Part shown: positions 29,369-45,191 of the stretch, one piece after another
Layout of the letters: every line of letters starts with the position of its first letter
How positions within the stretch are numbered: position 1 is the stretch's first letter
Source: Eledone cirrhosa
Lineage: Eukaryota
DNA length: 64,000 bases
Direction of reading: 5' to 3'
Assembly (NCBI GenBank): GCA_964016885.1
Contig: OZ024753.1
Span: 40,424,001-40,488,000 of the forward strand
Notes under the pieces: model-generated
What the model was told of the DNA's origin: nothing
What the model saw: only the letters and a program-made list of their open reading frames with translations
Database searches by the model: none
Made by a program: the position numbers and the translations under genes

Positions 29369-29451
29369 GTAAAAAATTGAACGGGAACAAAACAGAGAGG
29401 CAGTACGAACAAAGGTTTATTAGTTTCACGCTCTTGAGAGTGGGGTGGTGG
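29369..29451 (-). mobile_element. TA-embedded element with an HHR-like 3' half (also 27860-27897)
   Basis: Shared aaaaattgaac.ggaacaaaacagagaggcagtac. Reverse complement has hairpin actc-tcaa-gagc followed by GAAACTAATA. Confidence 0.5.
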
Positions 29452-29477
29452 ATATATATATATATATATAGAAAAGG

Positions 29478-29545
29478 TTTCTTCAGGACTAGAACTGTTT
29501 CATTCAGGAGAAGTCATCAGGGCTTCCTGATGATTTCTCCCGAAT
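29478..29545 (-). ncRNA. Family F HHR core with a mirrored 5' half
   Basis: Reverse complement reads CTGATGA-cttctcctgaat-GAAACAG-ttctagtc-CTGAA. An inverted second CTGATGAtttctcccgaat lies on the + strand. Confidence 0.7.
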
Positions 29546-30809
29546 CATACTAACGGTAAATATTGATGCAATTCAAATCAAGGACTCAACGTACTTCTTC
29601 CAAAGAGTATCAGTCTAGTACTGGTTTGGATTCTTCCTCTATATCTTTTTCTTATTTCCTCTCTCTCACTTTCTATCTTTCTCAGGAAGACCTCTGCTCT
29701 TTTCATGCCTGGAGATGTATGGACTCTGCCAGGCTTAAAATGCCCAAGAAATGCAGTACGTCAATACGGCGCCCCTACGAATCTATCAGGAGTTACGAGA
29801 CCATACATATATGTTGAGTATAAATAGGATTGGAAACAGGAACTAGCAAACGCTATATCTAAATTATGGGCATGAAATGCTCTTGTTCACTAGACCACTG
29901 GCTCATGTTTGATGCTAAATCATTACATGAATTATTAATAGGGTTAGTTCTTTAACATGGCTACTGAAACCAATCTCTCTCGTGGTGGATGACAGAAACA
30001 CGTGTTTCAATGTTTTTATAAAAGTAACTTTTAAAAGGAAAATAACATTTCAAAAGGAAAATATACTTTCAAATGGAAAAAAAGAAATATTAACGGAAGT
30101 AACACCGCTGTAATGCTCATAGCTAGAAATTTAATCACTGGATAGAGGATTTTTTCTTCGAGCGACAAATATGTCATGAATGGCGTTTAAAATTCTGTAT
30201 GTTACGGCTTTGAGTTCGATTAAATTCGGGTGCTAACTGCTTTGCATATTGTCTCTGAGCTGTTGCAAAGAAGAAAGAAAATCGCTTGAAAATTATTGAT
30301 AACAGTCTTCTATCGCCGAGGAAAAAATAAACTTAAGGAAAGAGTAAATTCCTAATATAGTAAAGACTATGATAGTGTTTCTATTCTGGGTGAATTATTT
30401 TTTTCCATTAAGGACTTGTGTCAAAACTTGTTTTTACTAAAGGCATTAGAAAAAGTATAAATATATTAATAGTTCTATTTTGGTTTCCCCTAAATTATAG
30501 TTTTGCCCCAAACCAACACAACAACAACAATAACAACATGAAAAGTAAAGACAAGAAAATAATTAATACATGCCAATCACACAGCCATCACCATACCAAT
30601 ATCTAAACCAGTCATGGGCAATCTGCGGCCCACGAAGCTTTCTGAATGGCTCGCCTAAGTCACCTAAGTGAAATCTTTCTGGGGTTTTTTTTACTCCAAC
30701 TTTTCAGTTGTAATTTATCTTTCTATCATTTTTACGATCGTGGAAAACATCGTGTACGAATTCTGAAGAAACAACTCAAAACAACCTGAGTTTCCGCTCT
30801 TTTTTTAAT

Positions 30810-31553
<744 letters not shown>

Positions 31554-31594
31554 CTCCTTTAGTGTATTTATTTATCATTATGTATTTGGTGGAA

Positions 31595-31983
31595 AGGGCG
31601 GTGGATTGGCAGTATCGGTAGAGGGTCGGACGCCATGCTTTGACGCATTGAGTTACGGCCCTTGCCATTCTGAGTTCAAATCCCGCCGAGGTTAACTTTG
31701 CCTTTCATCCTTACGGGGTCGATCAAATAAAGTACCAGTAATACACTGGATAATTGCTGGCCTTGTGCCAAAAAGTAGAAATAATTATATCTTTGGTGGA
31801 TTGGCAGTATTGGTAGAGGGTCGGACGCCATGTTTTGACGCATTGAGTTACGGCCCTTGCCATTCTGAGTTCAAATCCCGCTGAGGTTAACTTTGCCTTT
31901 CATCCTTACGGAGTCGATCAAATAAAGTACCAGTAATGCACTGGGGTAATTGCTGGCCTTGTGCCAAAAGTAGAAACAATTAT
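31595..31983 (+). mobile_element. Two head-to-tail full-length major SINEs
   Basis: 31595-31788 and 31794-31983 are near identical. Confidence 0.93.
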
Positions 31984-32021
31984 GTCTTGTTAAGATTAAT
32001 GTTATCATTATTATTATTTCA

Positions 32022-32056
<35 letters not shown>

Positions 32057-32219
32057 TTGTTGTTGTTGCTGTTGTTGTTGTTGTTGTTGCTCTCATTGTT
32101 GTTGTTGCTCTCATTGTTGTTGTTTTTGTTGTTGTTTTTGTTGCTGCTGTTTTTATTGACGTTGAAAATCTTGTTTAAGAGTGATTGATGCTTTTGTTGA
32201 TTTTTGCCAATATTCCCTC

Positions 32220-32513
32220 CCTCTCCTCCTCCTCCTCCTCATCCTCCTACTCATCATCATCATCATCATCATCATCATTATCTTCATTATTTTCATTATT
32301 TTCATCCACATCACCACCATCGCCCTCCATCACCATCACCATCATCACCATCACCATCATCAACACCACCATCATCATCAGCATCATCATCATCACCATC
32401 ATCAACACCGCCATCATCATCAGCATCATCATCATCACCATCATCAACACCGCCATCATCATCAGCATCTCCATTCTCCTCCTCCACATCATCCTCACCA
32501 TCTTCATTATTCC

Positions 32514-32564
<51 letters not shown>

Positions 32565-33135
32565 CCTCCTCGCCATCTCCATTCTCCTCCTCCACATCAT
32601 CACGGCCATCATCATCATCATCATCATCATCATCCTCCTCCTCGCCATCTCCATTCTCCTCCTCCACATCATCACGGCCATCATCATCATCATCATCATC
32701 ATCACCATCATCACCATCATCATCATCATCATCACCATCATCACCATCATCATCATCATCACCACCATCACCATCATCATCATCATCATCATCACCATCA
32801 TCACCATCATCATCATCTCCATTGTTACCATCACCATCATCACCATCATCATCATCTCCATTGTTACCATCACCATCATCATCATCTCCATTGTTACCAT
32901 CACCATCATCACCATCATCATCATCACCATCACCATAAACATCATCTCCATTATAACCATCACCATCATCACCATCACCATCATCATCATCTCCATTGTT
33001 ACCATGACCATCATCACCATCACCATCATCACCATCATCACCATCACGAACATCTCCATTATAACCATCACCATCATCACCATCATCACCATCACCATCA
33101 TCACCATCACCATCATCATCATCTCCATTATTATT
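32220..33135. repeat. (CAT/CAC)n compound repeat
   Basis: Direct reading. Confidence 0.95.
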
Positions 33136-33276
33136 ATAACATTTTTATGTTATCTCGTATTTACTTATCTTTATACAACCATTCTTCCATTTTTTGTTTC
33201 TTGCCCATTCAATAGTATCTGAGAAATATGCCACATTTCATTGTTGTTTCTGAAATTGGTTGAACAGAACTTTTAA

Positions 33277-34370
33277 ACACACACCTACACATATAGACAC
33301 ACAGACACAAACACACCTACACTCAGACACACAGATACAAAAACACACATACACACGTAGAGACACAGACACACAAACAGATAAACACACGTAGACACAC
33401 AGACACAAACACACCTACACACAGACACAAAGACACACAAACACACATACACACGTAGAGACACAGACACACAAACAGACAAACACATATAGACACACAG
33501 ACACAAACACACCTACACACAGACACACAGATACACAGACACACAGACACACATACACAAACACACATACACACAGACACAAACACACAGACACACAGAC
33601 ACAAACACACATGCACAGATACACACAGACACAAACACACATGCACACATACACAAACACACATACACACAGACACAAACACGTAGACACCGACACAAAG
33701 ACACAAACACACATGCACACATACACACAGACACAAACACACATACAGACGCAGACACACACATACAAACACACAGACACACAGACACAAACTCACATAC
33801 ACACGTAGACACATATACACAAACACATACACACGTAGACACACATAATACAAACACACATACACACATACACACAGACACAAACACACATACACACATA
33901 CACACAGACACAAACACACATACACACGCAGACACACACATACAAACACACATACACACAAACACAGATACACACGTAGACACATATACACAAACACACA
34001 TACACACGTAGACACACATAATACAAACACACATACACACATACACACAGACACAAACACACAAACACACATACACACATACACACAGACAGAGATACAC
34101 ACGTAGACACATATACACAAACACACATACACACGTAGACACATAATACAAACACACATACACACATACACACAGACACAAACACACATACACACGTAGA
34201 CACACATAATACAAACACACATACACACATACACACAGACACACAGACACAAACACACATACACACGTAGGCACACAGACACAAACAGACATACACACGT
34301 AGACACACAGACACAAACAGACACACAAACACAAACACAGACACAAACACACAGACGCAGGCACGAACAT
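33277..34370. repeat. Degenerate (CA)n minisatellite
   Basis: Recurrent acacacgtagacac and acagacacaaacac units. Confidence 0.9.
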
Positions 34371-34487
34371 AAGTGTGCAGACATACGCATATAATGTATA
34401 ATATATATATGCATTGCATAAACACACACACACATACACATACACATATATATATGCATTGCATAAACACACACACATATACATGTG

Positions 34488-34522
<35 letters not shown>

Positions 34523-34932
34523 ATACACTTTCTAATCCACATCCTCAAATCACAAATGCAATCACATCTTCCCACATGTTTGTACACATGCATATAAATG
34601 TGTATGTATATATGTATGTATATATATGTATGTATGTACGTATGTATGTATATATATATACATATATAAACATACACATATGGATATATATATATATATG
34701 TATCTATATATATGCATATATATTTATATATAAATGTATGAATACACACACACACACGCGCGCGCGCGCACACACACACGCAGACACACACGCACACACA
34801 CACATACCCACACACATACACACACACATACACACACACACACATATATATATATACATATATATATATATATTATATAATGTCTCTCTCTTCATGTGTG
34901 TGTATATATATGTATATATGTATGTGTACATG

Positions 34933-35032
<100 letters not shown>

Positions 35033-35271
35033 TACTAATATATACATACATAAAAGCGTTGTGTTAGTGCTAAAGCTATAAGTATTGGGAAAACTGGAAT
35101 GTTGGAATATAAGCAAACAATAAATGAATACAATAATAAATCAAGAAATAAGAATGTATTGAAAATGGATATGAGTTGACTTGAAGAGACACGACTGGTT
35201 GATCGGGGAATAGAAGAGGATTGAAGTAGAAATATGAGTATGAAGAGGAACGAAAGAAAAGTGAATGAGAT

Positions 35272-35334
<63 letters not shown>

Positions 35335-35660
35335 TGTATATATATATATATATATATATTTATATTTCGTTTCTGAATTTGTTTAGCAAGATTCTTTATC
35401 TGAAATCGTGTGTTGAAACCGATATTGTTATACTTTGGGAGGGTCATGTTGCCAATAAGAGACATTTATATAAGATACATTTATATATATATATATATAC
35501 ATTTATACATTTATATATATATATATACATTTATATATATATATACATTTATATATATATTTATATATATATTTATATATATATTTATATATATATATTT
35601 AGGAGCGATTCTTTGCTTAAACTTTAATCTGATATTTTAATAAACATATATTTTTTATGT

Positions 35661-35845
35661 ATAGGAAAAGGTATGACCCCGACGGCAGAGCTCAAGCCGT
35701 TTCGACGGCTATTTCTGGACGCTATTTCTGGCTTGAGCTCTGCCGTAGGGGTCATATTTTTTCCTATTTCGCACTCTACTACCCTAAGTATTGAGTACTC
35801 TGGTGCGTTATGGTCCATCTGGTTCCTTACCACATTTCCTTTGTT
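35661..35845 (+). mobile_element. Family B element
   Basis: Arms taggaaaaggtatgacccc / ggggtcatattttttccta plus tail. Confidence 0.88.
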
Positions 35846-35934
35846 ATATATATATATATATATATGAAGAGAACCGAAAGAAGAGAGAATAAGGAGATAT
35901 AAATATATATATATATATATGTGTAAATATATAA

Positions 35935-35977
<43 letters not shown>

Positions 35978-36183
35978 TTATATATATATATATATATATA
36001 TATATGTTACACCTCTATTCTTTTAAATATATATATATATATATATATATGTAGATAAATCTACCAAGAGTTTACGGTAGTGTCCATTCTAACACATATA
36101 TATCCTAGAAACGATCGTTAAATAATGAACTTTTTTTGTTTAATATAAGGAACTGTTTCATTGTTTTATTCATTATTTTTTAA

Positions 36184-36253
<70 letters not shown>

Positions 36254-36350
36254 AAAGCACCATAGCTACCTTTAAACACACGTATATATATATATATACT
36301 GACAGAAGAAGAAACTCTAGAACCCCCCTACCAAAAAAAAAAAAAAATAA

Positions 36351-37318
36351 TGGTTTCTTATATAGGCACAAGGCCAGCAATTTGAGGGGAGGGGAAAGTC
36401 GAAAAAATCAACGCCAGTACATTACTGGTACTTTATTTTATCGACCTCGTAAGGATGAAAGGCAAAGTTAACCTCGGCGAGAATTGAACTCAGAAGGTAA
36501 AGGGTCGTAACTATTTGCCATAAAACAGGATCGATAAAATAGAGTACCAGTAACACAATGGGGTTGATTTAATCGGCTCAAAATGGTTGGCCTTTTGCCC
36601 AAATTAGAAACCTCGGCGAGATTTGAACTCAGAACGTAAAGGGCCGTAACTCCATGCTGCAAAGCATGGTGTCCGACCCTCTACCAATACTGCCAATCCA
36701 CCGCCCTCTGATTTAGGCATAAGGCCAAAAATTGTGGAGAAGGGCAAAGTCGATTAAATCTTCACTCAGTGTATTACTGGTACTGAAAGGACGAAAGACA
36801 AATTTAACATCGTTGGGATGTGAACTCAGAAGGTTAGAGTCGTAACTATAGGCCATAAAAGCATGTTGTCCGACGCTCTACAGATTCTGCTGCCAATCCA
36901 TCACCCTTCTCTTGTGTGCTCATATAATTGTTTCTACTTTTGGCACAAGGCCAGCAATTATCTCAGTACATTACTGGTACTTTATTTTATCGACGCCTTA
37001 AGCATGAAAGGCAAAGTTAACCTCGGCGGGATTTGAACTCAGAACGTAAGAGGCCGTAACTCTGTACTTCAAAGCATGGCGTCCGATCCTCTACCGATAC
37101 TGCCAATCTACTACCCTGTTTGTTCATATAATTGTTTCTACTTTTGGCACAAGGCCAGCAATTAGCCAGTACATTACTTGTACTTTATTTTATCGACCCC
37201 GTAAGGATGAAAGGCAAAGTCAAACTTGGCGGGATTTGAACTCAGATCGTAAAGGGACGTAACTATGCTGGAAAGCATGGCGTCCGACCCTCTACTGATA
37301 CTGCCAATCCACCGCCCT
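36351..37318 (-). mobile_element. Cluster of about five SINE copies plus one inverted fragment
   Basis: Minus-strand copies at ~36351, 36609, 36712, 36923 and 37128, and a plus-strand fragment at 36529-36610. Confidence 0.88.
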
Positions 37319-38420
37319 TTCATATAATAACGTGTGCAGGGAACAGGTGCTGAAACTAGCAGAGCTAAAGTGTCAGTGACAATTGAACAAAATCTGATTG
37401 AAAAGATTTTAGTTGTACAATTCAATTGATAGAAAAATTCCAATGTTTTTGTAATTAAAGACTGTATTCACAATTGTGTTAAAGAGATAATTGCAATTCC
37501 ATTAACTTACAAAAACACACAAACACAAAACACAAAGACACAGACACGATCACACACAGAAACACACATACACATTCATACACACATTAATACATACACA
37601 CATTAATACACACAAACACACTGACAGTCACACAAAGCTTTTAGTTATAATAATTCTATAAATGAATTTAATTTTTCAATAGAATGCTGGCTAATCCCTT
37701 TTTCAGAGAAGGACGAGATTCATTGACAGCTGGTATGGCCATTTGTTACCCTCTGGCATCAACACAATTAGCAAAAGATCAACTACGCCAGTTAATGGAA
37801 CACCCTCTACGTGATATCTCATCCTGCAAGAAATAGTAGCTAAATTTTCTGGAAATTACTTCCTATCTCAGTTAAAAACAAATACCCCCCACCCCCCCCA
37901 CACACACACAAAAACACACATATATATATATATATAACACATGAGAAGAAACAAGAATACTGCGTGGTTGCACATGGGTTACATATGATAAAAATAGTCC
38001 TTCGTCAGTGATTTTCCAACCATCATTGGTATTTCATCGCATTAAAAATCATGTACCTCAGGTTGGTGCGAGCAATAACTAAAAAAAGTTATTGGGACCA
38101 GTAAATCGCGTAAAGCGAGGGGGACAAGTGAACAACATAGGAGGATAAAAGCAAACCAAAGATAGGAAAACAAACAAGCGACATGGTTGTCCGGTCAGCA
38201 TAATCTGGGTGGATTTTATGAGCCAGAGAGGTACAGACGGCCGACGTGAGTGAGATGTAAGCAAGAAGAGACCCACTGTAAGCCAAACGGGAGAGGAAGT
38301 GAGAAGGGGAGAAACAGAGAGTGAGCGAGTGGAAGTGCGAGGAAGAGGTGAGTCTAGAGAAAGTGTAACTGACAGAGGGGGCGAAAGAAGGTGAGAGCAA
38401 CAGAGAGAACGGGGAAGCAG

Positions 38421-38451
<31 letters not shown>

Positions 38452-38581
38452 TCGTCTGACATGGCTATAAAATTGAGACTTGTTTGCAAAACTGCAAACG
38501 AATCGAATGTTATTATTAATATTCGAAAAACTCAGATTACATTTATTGTATTCAGCCATGTAGAGCGAAATTTTCTTTTAT

Positions 38582-38670
<89 letters not shown>

Positions 38671-38672
<2 letters not shown>

Positions 38673-38753
38673 TTTTAATATAGATGAGATTCTACAGGAC
38701 TAGAACTGTTTCATTCTTTAGAAATCATGAGGAATCTCATCTATATTAAAACT
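38671..38753 (-). ncRNA. Family F type I hammerhead with a 22-bp helix I
   Basis: Reverse complement reads AGTTTTAATATAGATGAGATTC-CTCATGA-tTTCtaaaGAAt-GAAACAG-ttctagtc-CTGTA-GAATCTCATCTATATTAAAACT. The core carries a G>C change. Confidence 0.75.
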
Positions 38754-38769
38754 TTTATACTCTGCAATG

Positions 38770-38819
38770 TATTGAGAACCTTACTTACTGTGGTTACCTC
38801 CGATTCAACCCGGAATAAC

Positions 38820-38869
<50 letters not shown>

Positions 38870-38939
38870 ATATGTATATATATACATATATATGTTTATC
38901 TCGGGTTCAATCGGGGGTGACCACAGTAAGTAAGGTACT

Positions 38940-38944
<5 letters not shown>
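38770..38944. repeat. Inverted repeat mirrored across (TA)n, adjoining the HHR
   Basis: tattgagaaccttacttactgtggttacc..cccg / cggg..ggtgaccacagtaagtaaggtactcaata. Confidence 0.8.
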
Positions 38945-39012
<68 letters not shown>

Positions 39013-39175
39013 ACACGATGAATAGATTCGCGCAATAAATTCTCAGATACTATATATACAAAAAAGGGATCGGAAAGTCAAAGGGTTCAATGCTTATAAT
39101 CACATATATTGATCGAAGATAAACAACATCAGCAACAATAACATCAATGTAAACACATGCTATCATTACTACATA

Positions 39176-39333
39176 TACGCCATGCTTTCCAGCATAGTTA
39201 CGTCCCTTTACGATCTGAGTTCAAATCCCGCCGAGGTTGACTTTGCCTTTCATCCTTTCGGGGTCGATAAAATAAAGTACCAGTAATGCACTGGGTAATT
39301 GCTGGCCTTGTGCCTAAAGTAGAAACAATTATT
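39176..39333 (+). mobile_element. Major SINE, 5'-truncated
   Basis: Consensus match. Confidence 0.9.
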
Positions 39334-39396
39334 ACTACATATACTCAGAGTATTGAAGTATTTAAGACTATTCAACAGAATTCTTAATATAATTGA

Positions 39397-39558
39397 AAGC
39401 TCAACTAAAGCAGACACGAATTGAATAAAAACCTGGATTTATGGAGGATGAGGGCCGCTTAAAACCACGGCCTCCAACTGCAATTTTCAGCTAGAATTTA
39501 AGGACTGGCCATCTCACAATTATCCGTTTCACCACATCACCCAAGTTGTTAAAGGACA
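39397..39558 (+). mobile_element. Unclassified repeat with an inverted copy at 43330-43499
   Basis: aagctcaactaaagca...ccaagttgttaaaggaca is reverse-complement homologous to the second copy. Confidence 0.75.
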
Positions 39559-40295
39559 TACCCGGCGGACAGAATAGAGAAGGCGTTTCCCCGGAAGACG
39601 GCAAGGGAGACACAACCATAAGCAACAACCATCATACTCTTCTAAAGTTATGAGTTCAAATCCTGCTAAGTATCTCCCTTACCATCCTCCGGGGAAACGC
39701 TTTCTCCATTCTGTTCGCCGGGGCTGTTGGGAGGCCACCACGTGGAACCCTATTTGCTCACCATACATAGTTTAACTGTAGTAGAAAATAGCTTCAATCC
39801 CCACTACTTCTGCTTTGTCTTACAGTGTCGATAAAATAAAGTACCAGTAATACACTGGTGTTGATTTAATCGATTAAAAAAAAAAAGATTGGCTTCCTGA
39901 TTAAATCAGAAACCATTAGAATTACTAGGTTCGATAAAATATTTTTCCAGTTGAATTCCAGGGTGGGGTCAACATCTGATTATATTCGACTGATGTTATA
40001 AATAAGATTTTCGTATTAGGCTGATTACACTTACATACGTTCCTAATTACTTATCCCTCTTGTATGTCACGGTTAAGGGAAGTAACCCCACATAAGGAAG
40101 GGATTGTTTGTAGCCAGGATAAGTGTGGTGGCAATTGTGGTGTTGGTGAGGATAATGGTATATAACGGTGGTGGAGCCAATGACAGCTACATTCTTCCTG
40201 TTTGTGACTTTTAACTATTCTCTCTCATTATATTGATTTGATTTACTGAATAATAAAGAAGTTATGGTTTCTTCTCATATATCTATACATATAGT

Positions 40296-40445
40296 CGATC
40301 GGACCGAGGAAACAATTTTTCCGTTGGTCTTTCCAATTGTTAATACTTTCTATCGGTCTCAATGTGAAATAAAGTGTCTTGCCTGGAATGGAACCAACAA
40401 CCTCTCGATTGTGAATCCAATTCTCTAACCACTCAACCACACGCC
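40296..40445 (-). mobile_element. Second tRNA-headed (CORE-like) SINE
   Basis: Reverse complement has tggttgagtggttagag (A box), ggttccattcc (B-like), caagacactttatttcac and a tail shared with 61341-61525. Confidence 0.7.
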
Positions 40446-40449
40446 TTTA

Positions 40450-40815
40450 TATATCTATGAGCTTAATTAATTATTACTATTTTTGTTAATCAAACATGTT
40501 GCTAACTACAAAACAATATAAGTAAGGTAACAACTGCATGGGCAATTCAGCCAGCTAGAGGCAGCAGTCAATTACATCTCAAATTACACGTTAACCTACA
40601 AAAAAGTAAAGGAAAATGAAAAAAGGGATATATCTATAAGCTTAAATAATTGTTACTCTTTTTGTTAGTCAAACTACAAAACGAGATAACTAAGGTAACA
40701 ACTGCATGAGCAATTCACCCAGCTAGATGCAGCAGTTAATTATACCCCAAATTACACCCTAACTCACAAAATAAAAAGAAAGCAAAATAAAAACAACAAA
40801 AAAAAAAGGGATATA
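40450..40815. repeat. 2 x ~180-bp tandem duplication
   Basis: atatatctat.agctta...taaggtaa(c)aactgcatg...aaaaagggatata occurs twice. Confidence 0.75.
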
Positions 40816-41413
40816 TTCGATCATTTTATTCAAGGGTTTATGAAAAATACACGATGCTCAAAGTTGACACATCTTTGTGATCACAGTTCTGCTCGACCTG
40901 AGTTAACTTCAATACTAAACTCCCCAAACAACATTAACGATAACAACTACAACATGAGTAACTAATTATAAAAGTGCTGTCATGCAAAAAAACTACCAGT
41001 CAAGATTTAAATTATAATCTAGTATTATCTCCCCTTTTTCTTTTGTTTCCATTTTCTCAATATTTATTCTTATAGTTGTTCTTAACACCAGCTGTCGCAT
41101 TTCGTCCATCTGCACATTTCTTGTGATAAGGCGATGCATCATTGCAGTTATTTTCTTGTTGACCTTGTACTTGGTCATGCTTTCTCCCCCCCCCCCCCTC
41201 TCACTGCTTTCCCACCTTTTATAATGCTTCATTTTGCAATGGGTCACCTCATGGCAGGGAGTTGTGGAGGTTTTAGTTTTTGTTTTATTCACCTTGCTGT
41301 TGTTGTTCTTGTTGTTGTCTTTACAACATCTATGTTGTATTGTTTCTGTTGTAAAACAGATTAACAGATTGGATGTCATACGCCAACAGAAGCATATACA
41401 CAGTATATATATA

Positions 41414-41478
<65 letters not shown>

Positions 41479-41493
41479 ACACTGACTGTCACA

Positions 41494-41589
<96 letters not shown>

Positions 41590-42038
41590 TTTGAGGCGTG
41601 TTAGTGCGTGCTAGCGTATAAAATGCTGGTTTCGGTCACTGCCTCATTGCACTGTTAAAATGCTGAGGTATGGCCATCATATAAAGTACTTTGCAGTACA
41701 TCTAACCTTATTTTCCGTGTTTTAATGACAAAGGAATCATTAAAAAAAAACAAAGTGAACGTGGGTGGGATTTGAACTCAAAACGTAGATAAAAGAATAA
41801 CTATGTACCACAGAGTATTTTGTTCGTCCTTCAAACAACCCTACTATTCCGAGGAATATTCCATTTTACAAAGTTATATCCACATAGCGTTGTCTTTGTA
41901 TTTATAATATGTTTATCTCGTGGTCGTTTCCTAGGAGATTCTTTGTGCATTAAGCACCAGATGGAAGACAGAAAGGACAGATTGAAGTAAAAAATAATAT
42001 AAACTACTAAGCTATTACTGATGTTATTAAAGTAGATA

Positions 42039-42599
42039 TATTTCTTTATTAGCCACAGGGGCACAAAAGAAGGGGACAAATACAAAGGGGGAAGTTTACA
42101 TACAATAAAAACGTGTAAAATGTTATCACAGATGGAATTTAAAAGTTAGTCGATTTTCCCCAATAGAGGGAGACAGTTTATATGGGTAACACAGACCCCC
42201 GAAAAAAATGTGCAACCCTCATCTCCAGGAGTACGAAGAGCTTGTACTCCTTTCCTCTCCTCCTCCTTTTCCTCAACCTACAGGCTGATATAGAGAGAAG
42301 GCCCATTCACTCGGGCCATTCTCGCCACTTTCACCCACCTTTCATAAAACTTGCTGGGGTACAGCACCTCTCTCTCCATCCTGATTCTTCTTCCAAAGTG
42401 GTATTTGAAAAAAAGAATCAGTTGTTGGCCGGAGAGAAAGGTGTCTGACCTCAGCCCTTTCAACCTTGTCCACCATACAACCTCTTTCGCCATAGCTATC
42501 ACACAAAGGAAAACCGCCTCTCCTTCGTTTTTGAAGGAGGGTGGCGGTTTGATCATGACAATGGACTCGGTGGTCAACTGGATTGGTCCCACCCGCGAC
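42039..42599 (-). mobile_element. 5'-truncated Tx1/L1-clade LINE with an 18-bp TSD
   Basis: Open ORF2-like C-terminus (..VIAMAKEVVWWTRLK..FYERW..), 3' UTR with AATAAA, and direct repeat ATGTTATTAAAGTAGATA at 42021-42038 and 42600-42617. Confidence 0.8.
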
Positions 42600-42749
42600 A
42601 TGTTATTAAAGTAGATAGTTTGGCAAACAGTACGGTATATAGAAATACACACATCTGCACTCGCACGTGGTTGTATATATAGTGCGTGTGTATATGCGTG
42701 TATGTGTGTATGTATATTGTATATATATATATATCTGTATATATATATA

Positions 42750-42900
42750 AACGGAAAAAATGAAACGAAATTTCATTTCCCACTCTTAGTACGGCTGTTA
42801 CTTAAATATAAGTATGTACACGTACATACATATATGTATACAGACGTACAGTAGTATGTATATATATATACATACATGTACACATATATATATGTACGTC
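42750..42900 (-). mobile_element. Family A element, distal part
   Basis: Matches 6683-6835. Confidence 0.75.
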
Positions 42901-42902
42901 TG

Positions 42903-42935
<33 letters not shown>

Positions 42936-43172
42936 GTGTAGGTAGTACGTTGATATACTGGTGTTGGTACCAAATCAAGCACTCTATGCACAGGCAAAGT
43001 GTATATAATATATATTTTATCGCATCACCAGTCTGTAGAGCAGAGCGATGCTGGGGTCGGGTCCTTAGCTCCTATGGTTCACCTTGAGCAAGTCTCTGCG
43101 AGACGTGCGTAGCTGCTCTATACGCACTGAATATGTTTCATATGTAAACGAAAGTCCTTCGTTTTTTTCTAC

Positions 43173-43252
<80 letters not shown>

Positions 43253-43283
43253 CTTTATACATTGTAACGAAGTATATATATAA

Positions 43284-43316
<33 letters not shown>

Positions 43317-44492
43317 AAGGGAGGGTTATTGTCCTTTAACAACTTGGGTGATGTGGTGAAACGGATAATTGTGAGATGTTCAGTCCTTAAATTCTAGCCG
43401 AAAATTGCAGTTGGACGTAGGGGGGCCGTGGTTTTAAGCGGCCCTCATCCTCCATAAATCCAGGTTTTTATTCAATTCGTGTGTGCTTTAGTTGAGCTTC
43501 TAAATTGAATGGTTATAGTCTGCCATTTCTAGCGGTTTCTTGATCCATTCAAGCCACTATGTACTGTCTGGCGTGCATATTTTCGTATCCCTCTCCACGT
43601 GCAATTTTTTAGTTGTCTAAAGTCTCTTTAGACTCGTTGACCGTATCTTCTTTACACCTACCGATGAGAACTTATGGCACCAACACTGTTTATGGTGAAA
43701 TATTCTCTTCTTTGAGAGTGTCTGGGTGTTTTATAGTTACACAGGTTAGTCTATACAGTTTAATTTACCTTTTACTTATTAAGTATTAACCACACTTTTC
43801 GTAGACTTTATGTTCTTCACTCTAGTAATTCCCTACCCCTCGTAATTTAAAACGTACCCTTATTGTGTTTTCTTCTCTGTATACTGTATTATATTTTTAA
43901 CTATGTTTTTATTGTGGTATTAACAGTTGTTCCTCAATCTGTATTCAATAAGTACACCCCCCCCCCCAACATATTTTAAATCATTTTGTATAAAGCATTT
44001 TGTATTTTACGTGGTGTGGACTTCTGTCACCGATAAAGAAAGGATTATTACTAGTATTTGTAGCACTAATAGTAGTTCCCACGTACATGTATTTATGCGT
44101 GTGTATATGTATGTGTGTGTATGTGTGTTAGTGTTTGTGTGTATATATATATATATATACATCCATACACATATATATATATATATATACATATATATAT
44201 ACATATATATATATACACATATACATATATATATGCATATATATATGTATGTATGTATGTGTGCGTGTGTATGTGTGTATTTATGCGTATGTGTGCGCGT
44301 GTATTTGTGCGTATGTGTGTGTGCGTGTATTTGTGCGCGTGTATTTGTGCGTACATACGCACAAATACACGCGCACACACACACATACATATACACATAC
44401 GCATAAATACACACATACACACGCACACATACATACATACATATATATATGTATATATATGTATATATATATATGTGTATATATATATATGG

Positions 44493-44523
<31 letters not shown>

Positions 44524-44566
44524 TGTGTATGGATGTATATATATATACACACAAACACTAACACAT

Positions 44567-44620
<54 letters not shown>

Positions 44621-44702
44621 ATGTTTTCGTATGTGTGTATATATAAGTATGTGTGTACATGCATGTATGCACGTGTATATATTCGTGTGTATGTGTTTGT
44701 GA

Positions 44703-44754
<52 letters not shown>

Positions 44755-45006
44755 TTGCGTATATGTGTATTTATGTGATTATATTCAAGTTGGTCCATAT
44801 GTCCTATTTTACAACAGTTGGTCTTCTGCCGAGTCAAGATAAATCTGTTTGTTGTGAAGAATTATTAATATTAATAATAATGTTTTGTTGGAGTTATTTT
44901 CTTTATTGTTGTAGCTGTTGTTAACACTGTCACTGTAACTGCTGCTTGTGTTCTTGTCATTCTTGTTGTTGTTGTTGTTGTTGTTGTGAAGAATTATTAA
45001 TATTAA

Positions 45007-45191
45007 TAATTGTTTCTACTTTGGGCACAAGGCCAGCAATTATCCCAGTGTATTACTGGTACTTTATTGTATCGACCGCGTAAGGATGAAAGGCAAAGTT
45101 AACCTCGGTGGGATTTGAACTCAGAAGGTAAAGGGCCGTAACTCTGTACTGCAAAGCATGGTGTCTGACCCTTTACCGATACTGCCAATCA
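45007..45191 (-). mobile_element. Major SINE inserted in a local ~130-bp duplication
   Basis: Consensus match. The flanks repeat 44851-44965. Confidence 0.88.

Noticed and set aside
30609-30660. hAT-like terminus cagtcatgggcaa..gcggccc
   Set aside because: No matching second TIR or TSD was found.
31595-31700. A/B-box sequences as tRNA genes
   Set aside because: No convincing cloverleaf is present, and they are always attached to the SINE body.
43655-43730. ccgatgag...gtgaaatattc as another hammerhead
   Set aside because: Helices I and III could not be convincingly paired.
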